Sequence record: MW812343.1
Length of the DNA: 64,000 nucleotides
Reading direction: 5' to 3' (one strand)
The position numbers and the translations under genes were made by a program. This document shows, one piece after another, positions 1 through 9,320 of the stretch. The notes beneath the pieces were generated by a model, which was given only the letters and a program-made list of their open reading frames with translations, had not been told where the DNA came from and made no database searches. Every line of letters begins with the position of its first letter. The first letter of the stretch is position 1.

Positions 1-159
1 TTAGACTTAGCGAATTTCTGTTTGTTCTTCGCAAAAGACCAACTTTGATCGGATAACTCACCTACTGGAGCAACTGCACCTTCAGGAGCGTTATCGATTA
101 GTGCCGGTATTTCAATGAAGCCTTGTAAATTGAACATAAAAATAAACTCCGAGGTGAGC

Positions 160-648
160 ATGATAGCTGCAATTATTAAACTGCTTCCTTTTCTCCAACT
201 GCTTTTAGAAGCATTCAAACCGGGTGAAGGAGAAAAGGTAACCCGAGCCAATAAAATCACAGCACTCGCAATCGTTTTACTTCTGACGTATTCACTCTTT
301 GTGTCATACGCCTACGTTGACCAGTTTCATAAATTGGTTCAGATTCGAGAACACGACCAGTACATCGCTCGTCAAAACGACGAACGTGGGGAGACCATCA
401 AAACCCAGGCTGATGAGTTAAGAACGCTCTACAGCCGTATTTTCGAATGCTTGAGCAATCGACCATATGATGGCGCGAAGGGCGCAGCGGCGATTCCACC
501 CCCTGCCCCAGTAGCGGTGCCCCAGACACCGGTTCACACTGAAACCAAAGGATCTGACAACAAGCGTGAAGCTGCCGCGAAGCCGGTAGGTGTAGTAGAT
601 ATGAGTCAGTTCCGTCAAGAGCTACTCAGGAACTTAAACGAGGAGTGA
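160..648 (+). CDS. Single-pass membrane protein with coiled coil; putative inner-membrane spanin (or T4-T-like holin)
   Basis: RBS GAGGTG at 151-156 favours ATG 160 over 115; amphipathic N-terminus, one TM (ITALAIVLLLTYSLFVSYAYV), heptad-like segment, single Cys, Pro-rich linker; abuts a lipoprotein gene. Confidence 0.5.
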   Translation: MIAAIIKLLPFLQLLLEAFKPGEGEKVTRANKITALAIVLLLTYSLFVSYAYVDQFHKLVQIREHDQYIARQNDERGETIKTQADELRTLYSRIFECLSNRPYDGAKGAAAIPPPAPVAVPQTPVHTETKGSDNKREAAAKPVGVVDMSQFRQELLRNLNEE

Positions 649-650
649 AA

Positions 651-1118
651 ATGAGGGTCATGCTAATTTGCTTAACGCTGTTGCTCGCAGCGTGTAGCAG
701 CTGGGCACCCGTCAATAAACCGGCCCCTGTGAACACAGAGTGGTCGGTGCGTGAGCTTGGACCTCCCCCAACTTACCCACAGGGAGTGGTGAGTATGGAT
801 GACCCACGATATCGTTCGTGGGTAGCAGATGTTAATGCGTATGCTTACTACGTATTTGTGTATGCTCGTAATCTTAATGATTACGCCAAGGTTCACGGTT
901 GGCGGCCACCGCAAGTTGCGCCTATCTGTGAGAAGTTTGACCTGTGGGTGGTTCATCCCATCCCACAACGGATTACTTTGGACGAGCGTTCGCGTCGTCC
1001 TGAGGATATCTCACGCGATTTGGCAACGCAACTCAAGCGAATCCTATTGAACTACCGTGAAGATCGTAAGTCTTTCCAGAAAGCGTACGAAGCCCACCTT
1101 AGCACATGCCTTAACTAA
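651..1118 (+). CDS. Lipoprotein; putative outer-membrane spanin
   Basis: Signal peptide with lipobox LLLAA-C, Pro-rich mature N-terminus, two further Cys; RBS GAGGAG at 640-645 (alternative GTG start at 645). Confidence 0.55.
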   Translation: MRVMLICLTLLLAACSSWAPVNKPAPVNTEWSVRELGPPPTYPQGVVSMDDPRYRSWVADVNAYAYYVFVYARNLNDYAKVHGWRPPQVAPICEKFDLWVVHPIPQRITLDERSRRPEDISRDLATQLKRILLNYREDRKSFQKAYEAHLSTCLN

Positions 1119-1121
1119 ACA

Positions 1122-1161
1122 CGACACCTATTCCTTCGGGGGTAGGTGTCGCTTTATTTTT
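1122..1161 (+). terminator. Rho-independent terminator, UUCG loop
   Basis: CGACACCTATTCC-TTCG-GGGGTAGGTGTCG followed by CTTTATTTTT. Confidence 0.8.
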
Positions 1162-1205
1162 ACACGACCAACCCATCTAATGTATACCCACAGGAGAGTT
1201 TAACC

Positions 1206-1961
1206 ATGACCGAAGTCACCCCAACCAAACGCACACCGAACATCTTCGATGCGCCTGATATCCGTCTTCCTAACATCATCATTGGTGTGGATGCTGAAAC
1301 CAAATCAACCCGTGCAGACGCCTATGTCGTGGCCGTGGGTGCCGCCGCTTACGACGTAGCAACCATGCGCATGATTGCCTGCCATTATCAGACCATCGAT
1401 CCGAATGATGAGAAGGCGAAGGCCCTCTTCCATGAAGACCCTTACACGATGGCGTGGTGGCGTGGCGAAGGGGACAACCCAGACTATGCCCCATCGCGTG
1501 AAGCGTTTACTGAGGCGTTCTCAGGCACGATGAAAATGCCCGAAGCGCTCTGGGGTCTGCATAACTTCCTTGAGAAGTTCAAAACGCACAAGGTCGCCCT
1601 GTCTATGCGCGGGCCAGAGTTTGACCAGCCGATTCTGATGAACGCTTATGCGCAGTGTGATGTTCCGCAGGGCTTATTGAAGCGCTTCTCCATGCTGGAC
1701 TCTGACCGAACTGCCGAGCGTATTATGCACGCCTTTAACCTGACGCCAGATTACCGTGCGGAATCGCACAACTGGACACGCGGCAAAGATGCGTTCTTAC
1801 ACCACGCAGGTTTTGACTCGGCGCGGGAAGGTTACATTACTGCCCGTATTTACCACTTAGCAATGATTGCTCGTCTGCATGGTTTTGACCGTATGCTGGA
1901 AGCGCACAATCAGATGATGACCGGTGAGTACACGGCTGTGGATTATTTGAGAGAGGAATAA
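1206..1961 (+). CDS. DEDDh 3'-5' exonuclease/exoribonuclease (Rv2179c-like)
   Basis: ExoI IIGVDAET, ExoII RGPEFDQPIL, ExoIII HHAGFDS; RBS GGAGAG before ATG 1206. Confidence 0.75.
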   Translation: MTEVTPTKRTPNIFDAPDIRLPNIIIGVDAETKSTRADAYVVAVGAAAYDVATMRMIACHYQTIDPNDEKAKALFHEDPYTMAWWRGEGDNPDYAPSREAFTEAFSGTMKMPEALWGLHNFLEKFKTHKVALSMRGPEFDQPILMNAYAQCDVPQGLLKRFSMLDSDRTAERIMHAFNLTPDYRAESHNWTRGKDAFLHHAGFDSAREGYITARIYHLAMIARLHGFDRMLEAHNQMMTGEYTAVDYLREE

Positions 1962-3481
1962 TGGACGTTAAAGAGTATGATCATGTCGTCGTCTATACGG
2001 ACGGTAGTCGTGTCGGCCCCCCGGTAGGTACGGGGGGTGGTATTCACGGATACGCTTTCAACACCGGGGTGTTAAATGAGAACACACCTTACAGCTTACC
2101 GGACGTAGAGGAGTCTGTCACGACCAACGGGTACAAAAAGTTCCCGAAGGACATTAAGAAACCCACCGTACCCGAGACTGTCGATTTCTTCGACTGTGTA
2201 ATTCCTGTTCAGGCGGAATATTGGTCGGATGTGGCGGAATTGATGGCATTCATCAGTCTCTTTGAAAACTCCCCCATTCTCGCCAAGAACTATACCGTTT
2301 ACATCGATGCGTCTTACGTGGTTAATGCGTGGAACGAATGGATGGACGGTTGGCGTAAGCGTGGCTGGACGAAAGCAGACGGGACACCGATTGCTAACGT
2401 CAATCTTATCAAGAAGATGGATGAGATTAAAGCCCGCCTGCGTCAGGAAGGTCGTTCTATCCGTGTGATTAAAATCAAAGGTCACGCTGGGTTCTACGGC
2501 AACGAGCGTGCAGACACCATGGCGCGTAAAGCATCTGCGATGGTGGCGGCATCTCAAGGGGTGGAGTACCGTCCGTATTGGAGCGTCTCCGGTGAGTTAC
2601 CGTCCGAACCCGAATCGGAAGTCTTGGGTGGTGACGGGGGCTTACTGAATATGCCGAAGGTAACTAACACGAAGTTCTGTTATCCGTTGGTGAACGAAGA
2701 ACACCCGACCATGACCATTAACGGCGAAAGCTGGAAATATATGTTCGGTGGCAACCACGCAAAGAACAAGGAAGATATTGTGTTTATCGGGAAGATGATT
2801 CCTGATGCACAATTCGCCGTGTTCCTCAGCAAAGAGGGTTGGGACAACGTTTATCAGTTGATCAACAAACACAATGAGTTGGCATGGGACAGCGTACCGT
2901 TGATGAAACGGTACGATCCGATAGCGATTGTGTATAACGCCATGATTAAGCGTAAGAAGTTCCAAGATGCGGCGAAAGAAGGGTTGCCGGTCAATCTCAT
3001 GAAGTTCAGTGAGGATGGCAACCTGTGGATGTACGAAGACCTCGCGATTACGCGTGTCGTGCGTCCTGCACTGCTTTCTTACCGCGCGTTAGAAATCCGT
3101 GATGAGTTAGCGGCCTTCTTGCGTGACGGCGTTGAAGGTCGTGCCAGTGTGGTGTTGAACGACATCACCGATTTGCTGTTCGATGAGAAAGGGAAGCCGG
3201 TTAAGACGTTCTACCGTAACGTTGACGTCAGCTTTAACGTGAAAGTTAATTACCCTGAATCCGACAAGCAGATTCCTATCATCCTGACCCGTAATATCGA
3301 CATGCCGGATCGTACCGACATGAACCGTATCATGGAACCGGGGGGTAAGTGGTACGTGGCCTGTCGTCGTCCTCAGAAGCGTTGTGTGGAGTTTGCGGTG
3401 GTTTACGTGGGCAAAGAGTACCATGGTCTTTGGTGCGGCTACTACGCGAACAAACGCATCCTGAGAGAAGAGGAGTTGTAA
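1961..3481 (+). CDS. RNase HI-domain protein with long C-terminal extension (phiKZ gp155-like)
   Basis: VYTDGS, AELMA, YIDASYV, WRKRGW, KIKGHAGFYGNERADTMARKA are RNase HI motifs; ~300 aa extra C-terminal region. Confidence 0.85.
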   Translation: MDVKEYDHVVVYTDGSRVGPPVGTGGGIHGYAFNTGVLNENTPYSLPDVEESVTTNGYKKFPKDIKKPTVPETVDFFDCVIPVQAEYWSDVAELMAFISLFENSPILAKNYTVYIDASYVVNAWNEWMDGWRKRGWTKADGTPIANVNLIKKMDEIKARLRQEGRSIRVIKIKGHAGFYGNERADTMARKASAMVAASQGVEYRPYWSVSGELPSEPESEVLGGDGGLLNMPKVTNTKFCYPLVNEEHPTMTINGESWKYMFGGNHAKNKEDIVFIGKMIPDAQFAVFLSKEGWDNVYQLINKHNELAWDSVPLMKRYDPIAIVYNAMIKRKKFQDAAKEGLPVNLMKFSEDGNLWMYEDLAITRVVRPALLSYRALEIRDELAAFLRDGVEGRASVVLNDITDLLFDEKGKPVKTFYRNVDVSFNVKVNYPESDKQIPIILTRNIDMPDRTDMNRIMEPGGKWYVACRRPQKRCVEFAVVYVGKEYHGLWCGYYANKRILREEEL

Positions 3482-4236
3482 TGCGCAAGGTATTCAGTGA
3501 AATCTTAACGATGCACACGGATAGCCTGATGCGGGGGTTGTGTGATTACGCATACATGACCTACATCAAAGGGCGTGCCGAGGTGGGGATTGGTGACGCA
3601 GTACCGAATTTCGATTGCGCGACAATCAGTCGTAAAGCGATGGCGGAGGTGGTAGCCCAGTTATTGATAGATGCAATTGCTTCCATCAACGGTAACGCTG
3701 GATACGATTTCCATCAACGTTTGATGATTCCTCGTGTTCCAACTGCCAAATACAAAGCGTGGCGGGAATCAGGGAACTGCGGGATGTTCACCATCGAAGA
3801 GATGTTTGACGCCCACTGCCGTGAACTCCCTGCATCTGAGTTAGTTATCGGCGCAATGAAATGGTACACCACCCGCTTCGTGAATGAGATTTACAACCTC
3901 TTCGGTGGGGATGACCAAATCGGTTGGGAAGGCACGGCAGTTATCTTTACGCAACGCGATATGTTGGTGCAGCAGATACTGGATGACCGCGTTTGTCTGG
4001 CATTGTTGGAGCAAGGCGATTACGAGTTTGCTGCCGAGGTGGAGGACATTACAGACCTGCGTGATGAACTGTTCCAGTGGCCGTTCTCTTTTGTGATGCA
4101 GGACGACATTCGGGCGCTGCAAGAAAGTATCCCGACGTATATCCTGCCCGCAGAAGACCAAGACTCTGAGGAGAAACTGGGGGTCGAACTCTACGTCTTA
4201 AAACCGGGGGTTATTGATAAAATCAAAAAACTCTGA
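3481..4236 (+). CDS. Hypothetical protein (251 aa)
   Basis: ATG 3481 overlaps the RNase H stop (TAATG); upstream part of listed ORF 3349 overlaps RNase H. Confidence 0.7.
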   Translation: MRKVFSEILTMHTDSLMRGLCDYAYMTYIKGRAEVGIGDAVPNFDCATISRKAMAEVVAQLLIDAIASINGNAGYDFHQRLMIPRVPTAKYKAWRESGNCGMFTIEEMFDAHCRELPASELVIGAMKWYTTRFVNEIYNLFGGDDQIGWEGTAVIFTQRDMLVQQILDDRVCLALLEQGDYEFAAEVEDITDLRDELFQWPFSFVMQDDIRALQESIPTYILPAEDQDSEEKLGVELYVLKPGVIDKIKKL

Positions 4237-4257
4237 GATAGATATTATCTTGGTGAG
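4236..4257 (+). promoter_or_regulatory. Early-promoter-like motif (copy 1)
   Basis: AGATAGATATTATCTTGGTGAG, similar to motifs at 12974, 46078, 60262, 62038. Confidence 0.55.
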
Positions 4258-4278
4258 TAGTCTATAAGGAGTATCAAA

Positions 4279-5013
4279 ATGCTTCGTGTCAATACCCCCG
4301 AACTCCTGCTCTTTAACCCCTCGCTCGTCGAGGGGTTATTCGACAAGATGTGGGATAGGTACTTTCGTGAGGAGCTGCAATCCAATCCGTGGTGGGATAA
4401 ATACCGCGGTGATTTCTTTCTTGACTCGTCGCAAATCACGCTTGACGTATTCAGCCGCTGTGTTGAAGAAGTGGTGCAGGCTGCGAATCTGCGCAGACCA
4501 ATGGACTTTAGTTACATCACGTTTGATTTTTCATGGTACATGGACAATTACAATTACGAATGTGACTTAGGGATTGATGACCAAGAAAAGATTGAGAACA
4601 AAATGTTCGACTTCTTTCACTTCGCCATCAATCAACTGGTCTCCACTGAGTTCCTCGAAGCGGCACAAAAACGCTTGGAACCCACATGGGAAGCGTTGAC
4701 CGAACTTGTCGGTCAACGAAGCATTGTGGGATTCTGGTACGAGCCGGTGGAAGGGCAGATGAAAATGGACAGCGGACGCGACCACGTCTGGGCTGTGCAG
4801 GAAGGGGATTACGACTGCGAGCTGTATGCAGAATGGCAAGGTGCCCGCGCTGGCACACTCTTTTACCACGCCACTGTTGGCGATGGTAATGAATTTTATT
4901 TATTTAATGGATCGCTTATCCAAGACGGGCAATCACTTGACCATATCCCATACGGGGAGATGGTGACGTTGTGTCGCCTGACTGAACAAGCACAAACTAT
5001 CATTGACCTTTAA
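4279..5013 (+). CDS. Hypothetical acidic protein
   Basis: 244-aa ORF, RBS AAGGAG, downstream of promoter-like motif. Confidence 0.75.
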   Translation: MLRVNTPELLLFNPSLVEGLFDKMWDRYFREELQSNPWWDKYRGDFFLDSSQITLDVFSRCVEEVVQAANLRRPMDFSYITFDFSWYMDNYNYECDLGIDDQEKIENKMFDFFHFAINQLVSTEFLEAAQKRLEPTWEALTELVGQRSIVGFWYEPVEGQMKMDSGRDHVWAVQEGDYDCELYAEWQGARAGTLFYHATVGDGNEFYLFNGSLIQDGQSLDHIPYGEMVTLCRLTEQAQTIIDL

Positions 5014-5024
5014 GGAGAATCTAC

Positions 5025-5393
5025 ATGAAACTTGAACAAGCTATCCAGAATTATGTTACCCAGTTTGACCGTCACGGTCTGTTCCTGCTGCGTTTTACTA
5101 ACGAAGCACAACTGCTCGAGCATAACCCAAAAACCTTTGCGGTCGTGTACGAAAACGACGGCATCGGTGAAGCTGAGCGTAAGACCCTGCGTGAGCTGCG
5201 TCAGAACGCTATTGAAGCCAGCGTTGTGCACGTTCAACCGGTGGTTTGTGCCGAAGGTTGGCCGGGTAAGCTGGATACCGAAGCGGATGTGGTGTTAGAA
5301 GTCGTTCACACTGACGACACCCACCAACTGGTGCCAGTTAAATGGCGTGCACTCGACACCCTGCCAGCGCCGGTGGACTTTACGGAGCTGTAA
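5025..5393 (+). CDS. Hypothetical protein
   Basis: 122-aa ORF with RBS AAGGAG. Confidence 0.75.
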   Translation: MKLEQAIQNYVTQFDRHGLFLLRFTNEAQLLEHNPKTFAVVYENDGIGEAERKTLRELRQNAIEASVVHVQPVVCAEGWPGKLDTEADVVLEVVHTDDTHQLVPVKWRALDTLPAPVDFTEL

Positions 5394-5395
5394 GT

Positions 5396-6136
5396 ATGGA
5401 TATGCGTCCAGTAAGGTTATACCTGCTGACGGCGCTTCACGATCATTTGATGCGTCTCGGTGAGGCGCGTCATATCGCGAAGACAGCGTATCTGATGATT
5501 GCGCGAGAAATCGCGCGGTCAGACTTACGTAGCCGCCACACTTGGCTACTAAAGGACATTTGTGAACGTTTAAAGTTCCAAGTGTACGAAGGTGGCTCAC
5601 TTAACCACGCTCTGTCTTACGTCTGGGTATACGACGACGTTCGTGGGGAGATGTACAAGGATAACGCGGAACGTGTTGTGAAGCTAATCGAGCGGGTGAC
5701 TAACGATTACTACTCGACTATGGGTGGGTTGACAACTGAGATGAATATCCAAAGCACCATCTTGGATTCGCTTCATGAGACAGCCAGTCATATCGACGCC
5801 CCCATTCTTTTTTCTACCGACTACGACCTATTGCGTTTTCGCATCTGGTTCACCGGGGAAATGGATGATGTCGATATGCACGAATTGTGGTGTCACAACG
5901 TGCACAGCATGGATGAATGGGAGACGTTGCTTACCACCTATCCATCCGACAAGTATCTATGGCGACAGGATCATGAACCGATTATCCCAGAACGTTTGTT
6001 CGATGAAGGCTATGACATCGAAGCTTTCTGGAAAAACATCTCGATACTCAGTTTAGACAAACTCTACGTCATGGCGAGGGAGCGTCTTTGTTCCGAGGAT
6101 GATGACCGATGCGAACTGTACACAGCTACGCACTGA
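5396..6136 (+). CDS. Hypothetical protein
   Basis: ATG 5396 directly after preceding stop; ORF tiles the operon. Confidence 0.7.
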   Translation: MDMRPVRLYLLTALHDHLMRLGEARHIAKTAYLMIAREIARSDLRSRHTWLLKDICERLKFQVYEGGSLNHALSYVWVYDDVRGEMYKDNAERVVKLIERVTNDYYSTMGGLTTEMNIQSTILDSLHETASHIDAPILFSTDYDLLRFRIWFTGEMDDVDMHELWCHNVHSMDEWETLLTTYPSDKYLWRQDHEPIIPERLFDEGYDIEAFWKNISILSLDKLYVMARERLCSEDDDRCELYTATH

Positions 6137-6525
6137 TGATGTTCCAATCATGGTGGCCAAAGCTCACTGTGGGGGTGAACGGTATCTCCGGCTGGGAATA
6201 TGTGCTCGTGACCTCGTACTTGATTGAGTGTGCGAAGAACGGCCTTATTCTCCCCAGTGAACGACGGCAGATGATGCTTATGGAGAAACTTGATGCGATG
6301 TATCCCGCGGCGATGTACCATCACCGTAAGCATTTGTTTCATGCCGCATTAGCGGAGCTGGGTGAAGAACGTACCGCTATCATCGTAAAGAAAATACGCG
6401 ATGAGATGGTTAATGTGTCACGCGAACTTAATCTGGTTTGGGCGGGAGTGTCTTATACCCCGCTCGATGTGGTTCGTTGTCGTTACCAAGTTAATTTCGC
6501 AGCTACTACCCGAGGTGTTGCATGA
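6136..6525 (+). CDS. Hypothetical protein
   Basis: TGATG overlap with upstream gene. Confidence 0.65.
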   Translation: MMFQSWWPKLTVGVNGISGWEYVLVTSYLIECAKNGLILPSERRQMMLMEKLDAMYPAAMYHHRKHLFHAALAELGEERTAIIVKKIRDEMVNVSRELNLVWAGVSYTPLDVVRCRYQVNFAATTRGVA

Positions 6526-7061
6526 AAGTATTAATGGACTTCTCGTTGTCGGAATCGCGGGCAAAGCTCGACGCGATACTGTTAGCGATGAAGAAATCGT
6601 TGGAGTTTGAAGTCCACAACGCGCTTGCCGAATATGAGCGAACGTTAAAGGTGGAAACGGGCGATACCTATTGTCTGGTTGATGCGGAGGGGATTGTAAA
6701 AACCACCGTGGATGCGATGATTGATAAAGTCCGTGTTGTGCTCAGCACCCCGATACCTGTGATGGTCGCGCACTGGGACGATGGGGCGGATGTACTCGAC
6801 CTGATTCGTGACGCCTTTGAGAAAGGGTCAGCGAACATGGAAAATATGGCGCTGGGTGATGCCACCGAAGTGTACGTAACCGTCCCCATGAGGGAAGGCG
6901 GTAACAACTTTGAGATGGTGTCACTACATGAGGTACTGAACACCGCCAACGCACAAGCAATTGATAAGATACTGGATGATGCGTGCATGAAAGTGCGTGA
7001 CATCTGTATCAAAGAGATTGTTTACATCCAAGAAAAACTCTTGAAGGGAGCCGCCTGGTGA
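6522..7061 (+). CDS. Hypothetical acidic helical protein
   Basis: RBS GAGGTG, ATGA overlap. Confidence 0.75.
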   Translation: MKVLMDFSLSESRAKLDAILLAMKKSLEFEVHNALAEYERTLKVETGDTYCLVDAEGIVKTTVDAMIDKVRVVLSTPIPVMVAHWDDGADVLDLIRDAFEKGSANMENMALGDATEVYVTVPMREGGNNFEMVSLHEVLNTANAQAIDKILDDACMKVRDICIKEIVYIQEKLLKGAAW

Positions 7062-7660
7062 AACTCCACATTAACCTGACCCCCAGTAACTTCGAAAAGC
7101 ACTGGCCTGAAATGATGATGCAAATCCGTGAATCCATGGATGCGTTTATTCACGAGTTTACTGGCCTACCAGTGGAAGACAACAAGTTACTCACCCTACC
7201 GCTCTGGTCTGTCCTGTTTGATCCGATATCCCGGCTGTCTAACTCCATGCTGACGTTTGAATTCGACAAGACCGACGTTGAAGACAAACGCATCGAGAAG
7301 AACATCGAGATTATCACCCTCGATACCAAACTCGACAGCGTGTTAGAAGACATTCGTGATGCGGTCAACTATGAGCTGAATGAGTTCAAGACCGCTAAGG
7401 TGGTGAATGAGGCACTCGACGCGTGGTTAAAAGGGATGACTGACGAAACCCGTGGTAAGTTGCGGGATGAGTTGGTGGGGCTGGTACACCGCCACATCTC
7501 TACGCTGCTCGATGTGCTGTTTGCACAACTGACGGCCGAAATCATCGAAATCTCATTCCGTTTTCGTCCCCGTCCGGTAATGGTGGCAACGGACGGCGGT
7601 AAGCAGATGGTGGGGCGGATTTCGGATATGATTCAGGACGTACCTGACGAACCGGCCTAA
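7058..7660 (+). CDS. Hypothetical acidic helical protein
   Basis: RBS GGGAG, GTGA overlap. Confidence 0.75.
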   Translation: MKLHINLTPSNFEKHWPEMMMQIRESMDAFIHEFTGLPVEDNKLLTLPLWSVLFDPISRLSNSMLTFEFDKTDVEDKRIEKNIEIITLDTKLDSVLEDIRDAVNYELNEFKTAKVVNEALDAWLKGMTDETRGKLRDELVGLVHRHISTLLDVLFAQLTAEIIEISFRFRPRPVMVATDGGKQMVGRISDMIQDVPDEPA

Positions 7661-7662
7661 GC

Positions 7663-8142
7663 ATGAACGTTTATTTCGATTACAACGACAGCCATATCCG
7701 GCAGATGTGGGTTGATGCTTTCGACAGTATTCGTATCGACCTGCAAGAGTACCTGCGTGAACAAATGCGTAGTGACGACCACGTCCAGTCTGTCGTCCTT
7801 GCGCAAACGTTATTGCAGCCTACTTATCAGGTGTTCTACAAACAGCACGATACCGTGTTTCGTACAATCATCGAAAAGGATGATTTGGATGCGGCGGACT
7901 ATACTTTCGAGATTGACGATGAGGCGTACCGTAAACTTGTCAGCCAATCAATCGAAGAGTCAGTAGCAGAAACGAAAAAGGCATGGAACGTCAGGACGTT
8001 GCCGGTAGTTTTTGACCGTGATACAGTCTGTCAAAAAATCGAAGCCATCCTCTTTGAGCATTTGGATGAGTTTGTCATGGAGTTGATTGGGTACATGGAA
8101 GCCTTTGTCAACGAACAGATAGAACAGCGTCGAAATAAATAA
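7663..8142 (+). CDS. Hypothetical acidic helical protein
   Basis: 159-aa ORF ending at a bidirectional terminator. Confidence 0.75.
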   Translation: MNVYFDYNDSHIRQMWVDAFDSIRIDLQEYLREQMRSDDHVQSVVLAQTLLQPTYQVFYKQHDTVFRTIIEKDDLDAADYTFEIDDEAYRKLVSQSIEESVAETKKAWNVRTLPVVFDRDTVCQKIEAILFEHLDEFVMELIGYMEAFVNEQIEQRRNK

Positions 8143-8187
8143 AAAGACTACCTACTCCCGAAGGAGTAGGTAGCTTTATTTTTTTTA
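8141..8187. terminator. Bidirectional Rho-independent terminator
   Basis: AAAAA-GACTACCTACTCC-CGAA-GGAGTAGGTAGC-TTTATTTTTTTT between convergent genes; near-identical copy at 24876. Confidence 0.9.
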
Positions 8188-8940
8188 TTTTGAATTGGCC
8201 TTTAAGGCTTTCAAACGATCCCCGGTCTGGCTTAATGCTTGAATCAGCTCGTTGTTCTGTTTCATGAACAGACCAAACAACTCAACCCAATCTGAGGCCA
8301 TGTCCAGCATCTTGACAATCTCAGCGGCGCACTGCGGGTTAACCGGCGTTTCTGCTAAGTCATCGGTGCTGGCTGAAATACTGGCAATCAGTTTGTCGAC
8401 GTTGCGCTTGAGCTTTTCAGTAATCTCTTTGCTCAGTGCTTTGCTGCGGTTAAACGCCACATCAATCTCACCGGCACTGTGGAAGACCTTCTCGATCGGG
8501 CGCTGGTCAACGGACGTCGTGGTGTAGGAAGCTGCTAACTTCTTCACGAGGTCTTTGGGGTCGACGTTCTTGAGCGGGTACTTCAAATCTTTGAAGCGGA
8601 ACCCAACGGGTACAGTCAACATCCCTTTGTCGTGGGTAAACGCCGCCAGTTGACGGTTAACTGGTTCCAGCACACCATCAATCAGGTTATCCAGTACAGA
8701 CCAGACCGATTCCAGACGCTGGATATGGTCAATCATGTAGACGTTCAATCCCGGCGGTACGGTGACAAGCATTCCTGAGAAATGCAGGAACTTCTCTTGC
8801 TGCATCCATTTGGACATCGCAGACATGTCATCGTAGTTTGCCGGTTTAATTTCTTGTTCGCTTCCGTTGAACGATTTAGGAAGCACAGCCGTCACTTTCG
8901 AGGCAAAAGTAGAAAGCGCGGCAATCGGGTTCAGGTTCAT
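8185..8940 (-). CDS. Hypothetical protein, probably a late/virion protein
   Basis: ~251-aa helical ORF; RBS GAGGTG favours ATG 8940 (GTG 8946 alternative); TAGTATG motif upstream. Confidence 0.65.
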   Translation of the reverse strand: MNLNPIAALSTFASKVTAVLPKSFNGSEQEIKPANYDDMSAMSKWMQQEKFLHFSGMLVTVPPGLNVYMIDHIQRLESVWSVLDNLIDGVLEPVNRQLAAFTHDKGMLTVPVGFRFKDLKYPLKNVDPKDLVKKLAASYTTTSVDQRPIEKVFHSAGEIDVAFNRSKALSKEITEKLKRNVDKLIASISASTDDLAETPVNPQCAAEIVKMLDMASDWVELFGLFMKQNNELIQALSQTGDRLKALKANSK

Positions 8941-8966
8941 TTTCACCTCGGTGGAAGGATAGGCTA

Positions 8967-8973
8967 CATACTA
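8967..8973 (-). promoter_or_regulatory. Late-promoter-like TAGTATG
   Basis: CATACTA on + strand; same 7-mer precedes minus-strand genes at 25520 and 51304; phiKZ late promoters carry TATG at the start site. Confidence 0.45.
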
Positions 8974-9032
8974 AGTCTTTTTACGGTTAAGCCCTGTGTT
9001 ATGTAGACGACTAACCCCCTGAGGAATTCAAG

Positions 9033-9308
9033 ATGCAAATCAAAATGTTTACGCGTGCCTTGTCCGCGAAATTCGAACCTGAGATCTATTTTACCCCGCT
9101 GCGTAAAGACAACGAGGGCAATCGTCTGGTGGTTGGCCGCGTGCTTAAATCTGAAACGTTGGCAGACGGTAAGCGTCAGTTGACGATTGAAATTGACGAC
9201 CGTAACAAAAACCGTTTCAAGGACGTAGGCGAGGAAGCCTGGGTTGAACAACACTTCGAAATCAATAACAAGCGTCGTCTGATGCTGCCTACCAAAAAAC
9301 GCAGCTAA
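9033..9308 (+). CDS. Hypothetical basic protein
   Basis: 91-aa ORF, RBS GAGG, upstream of uvsX. Confidence 0.7.
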   Translation: MQIKMFTRALSAKFEPEIYFTPLRKDNEGNRLVVGRVLKSETLADGKRQLTIEIDDRNKNRFKDVGEEAWVEQHFEINNKRRLMLPTKKRS

Positions 9309-9320
9309 CGGAGCATCGAC

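Noticed and set aside
3349-3480. Listed ORF start at 3349
   Set aside because: It lies inside RNase H; the TAATG-coupled start at 3481 is more plausible
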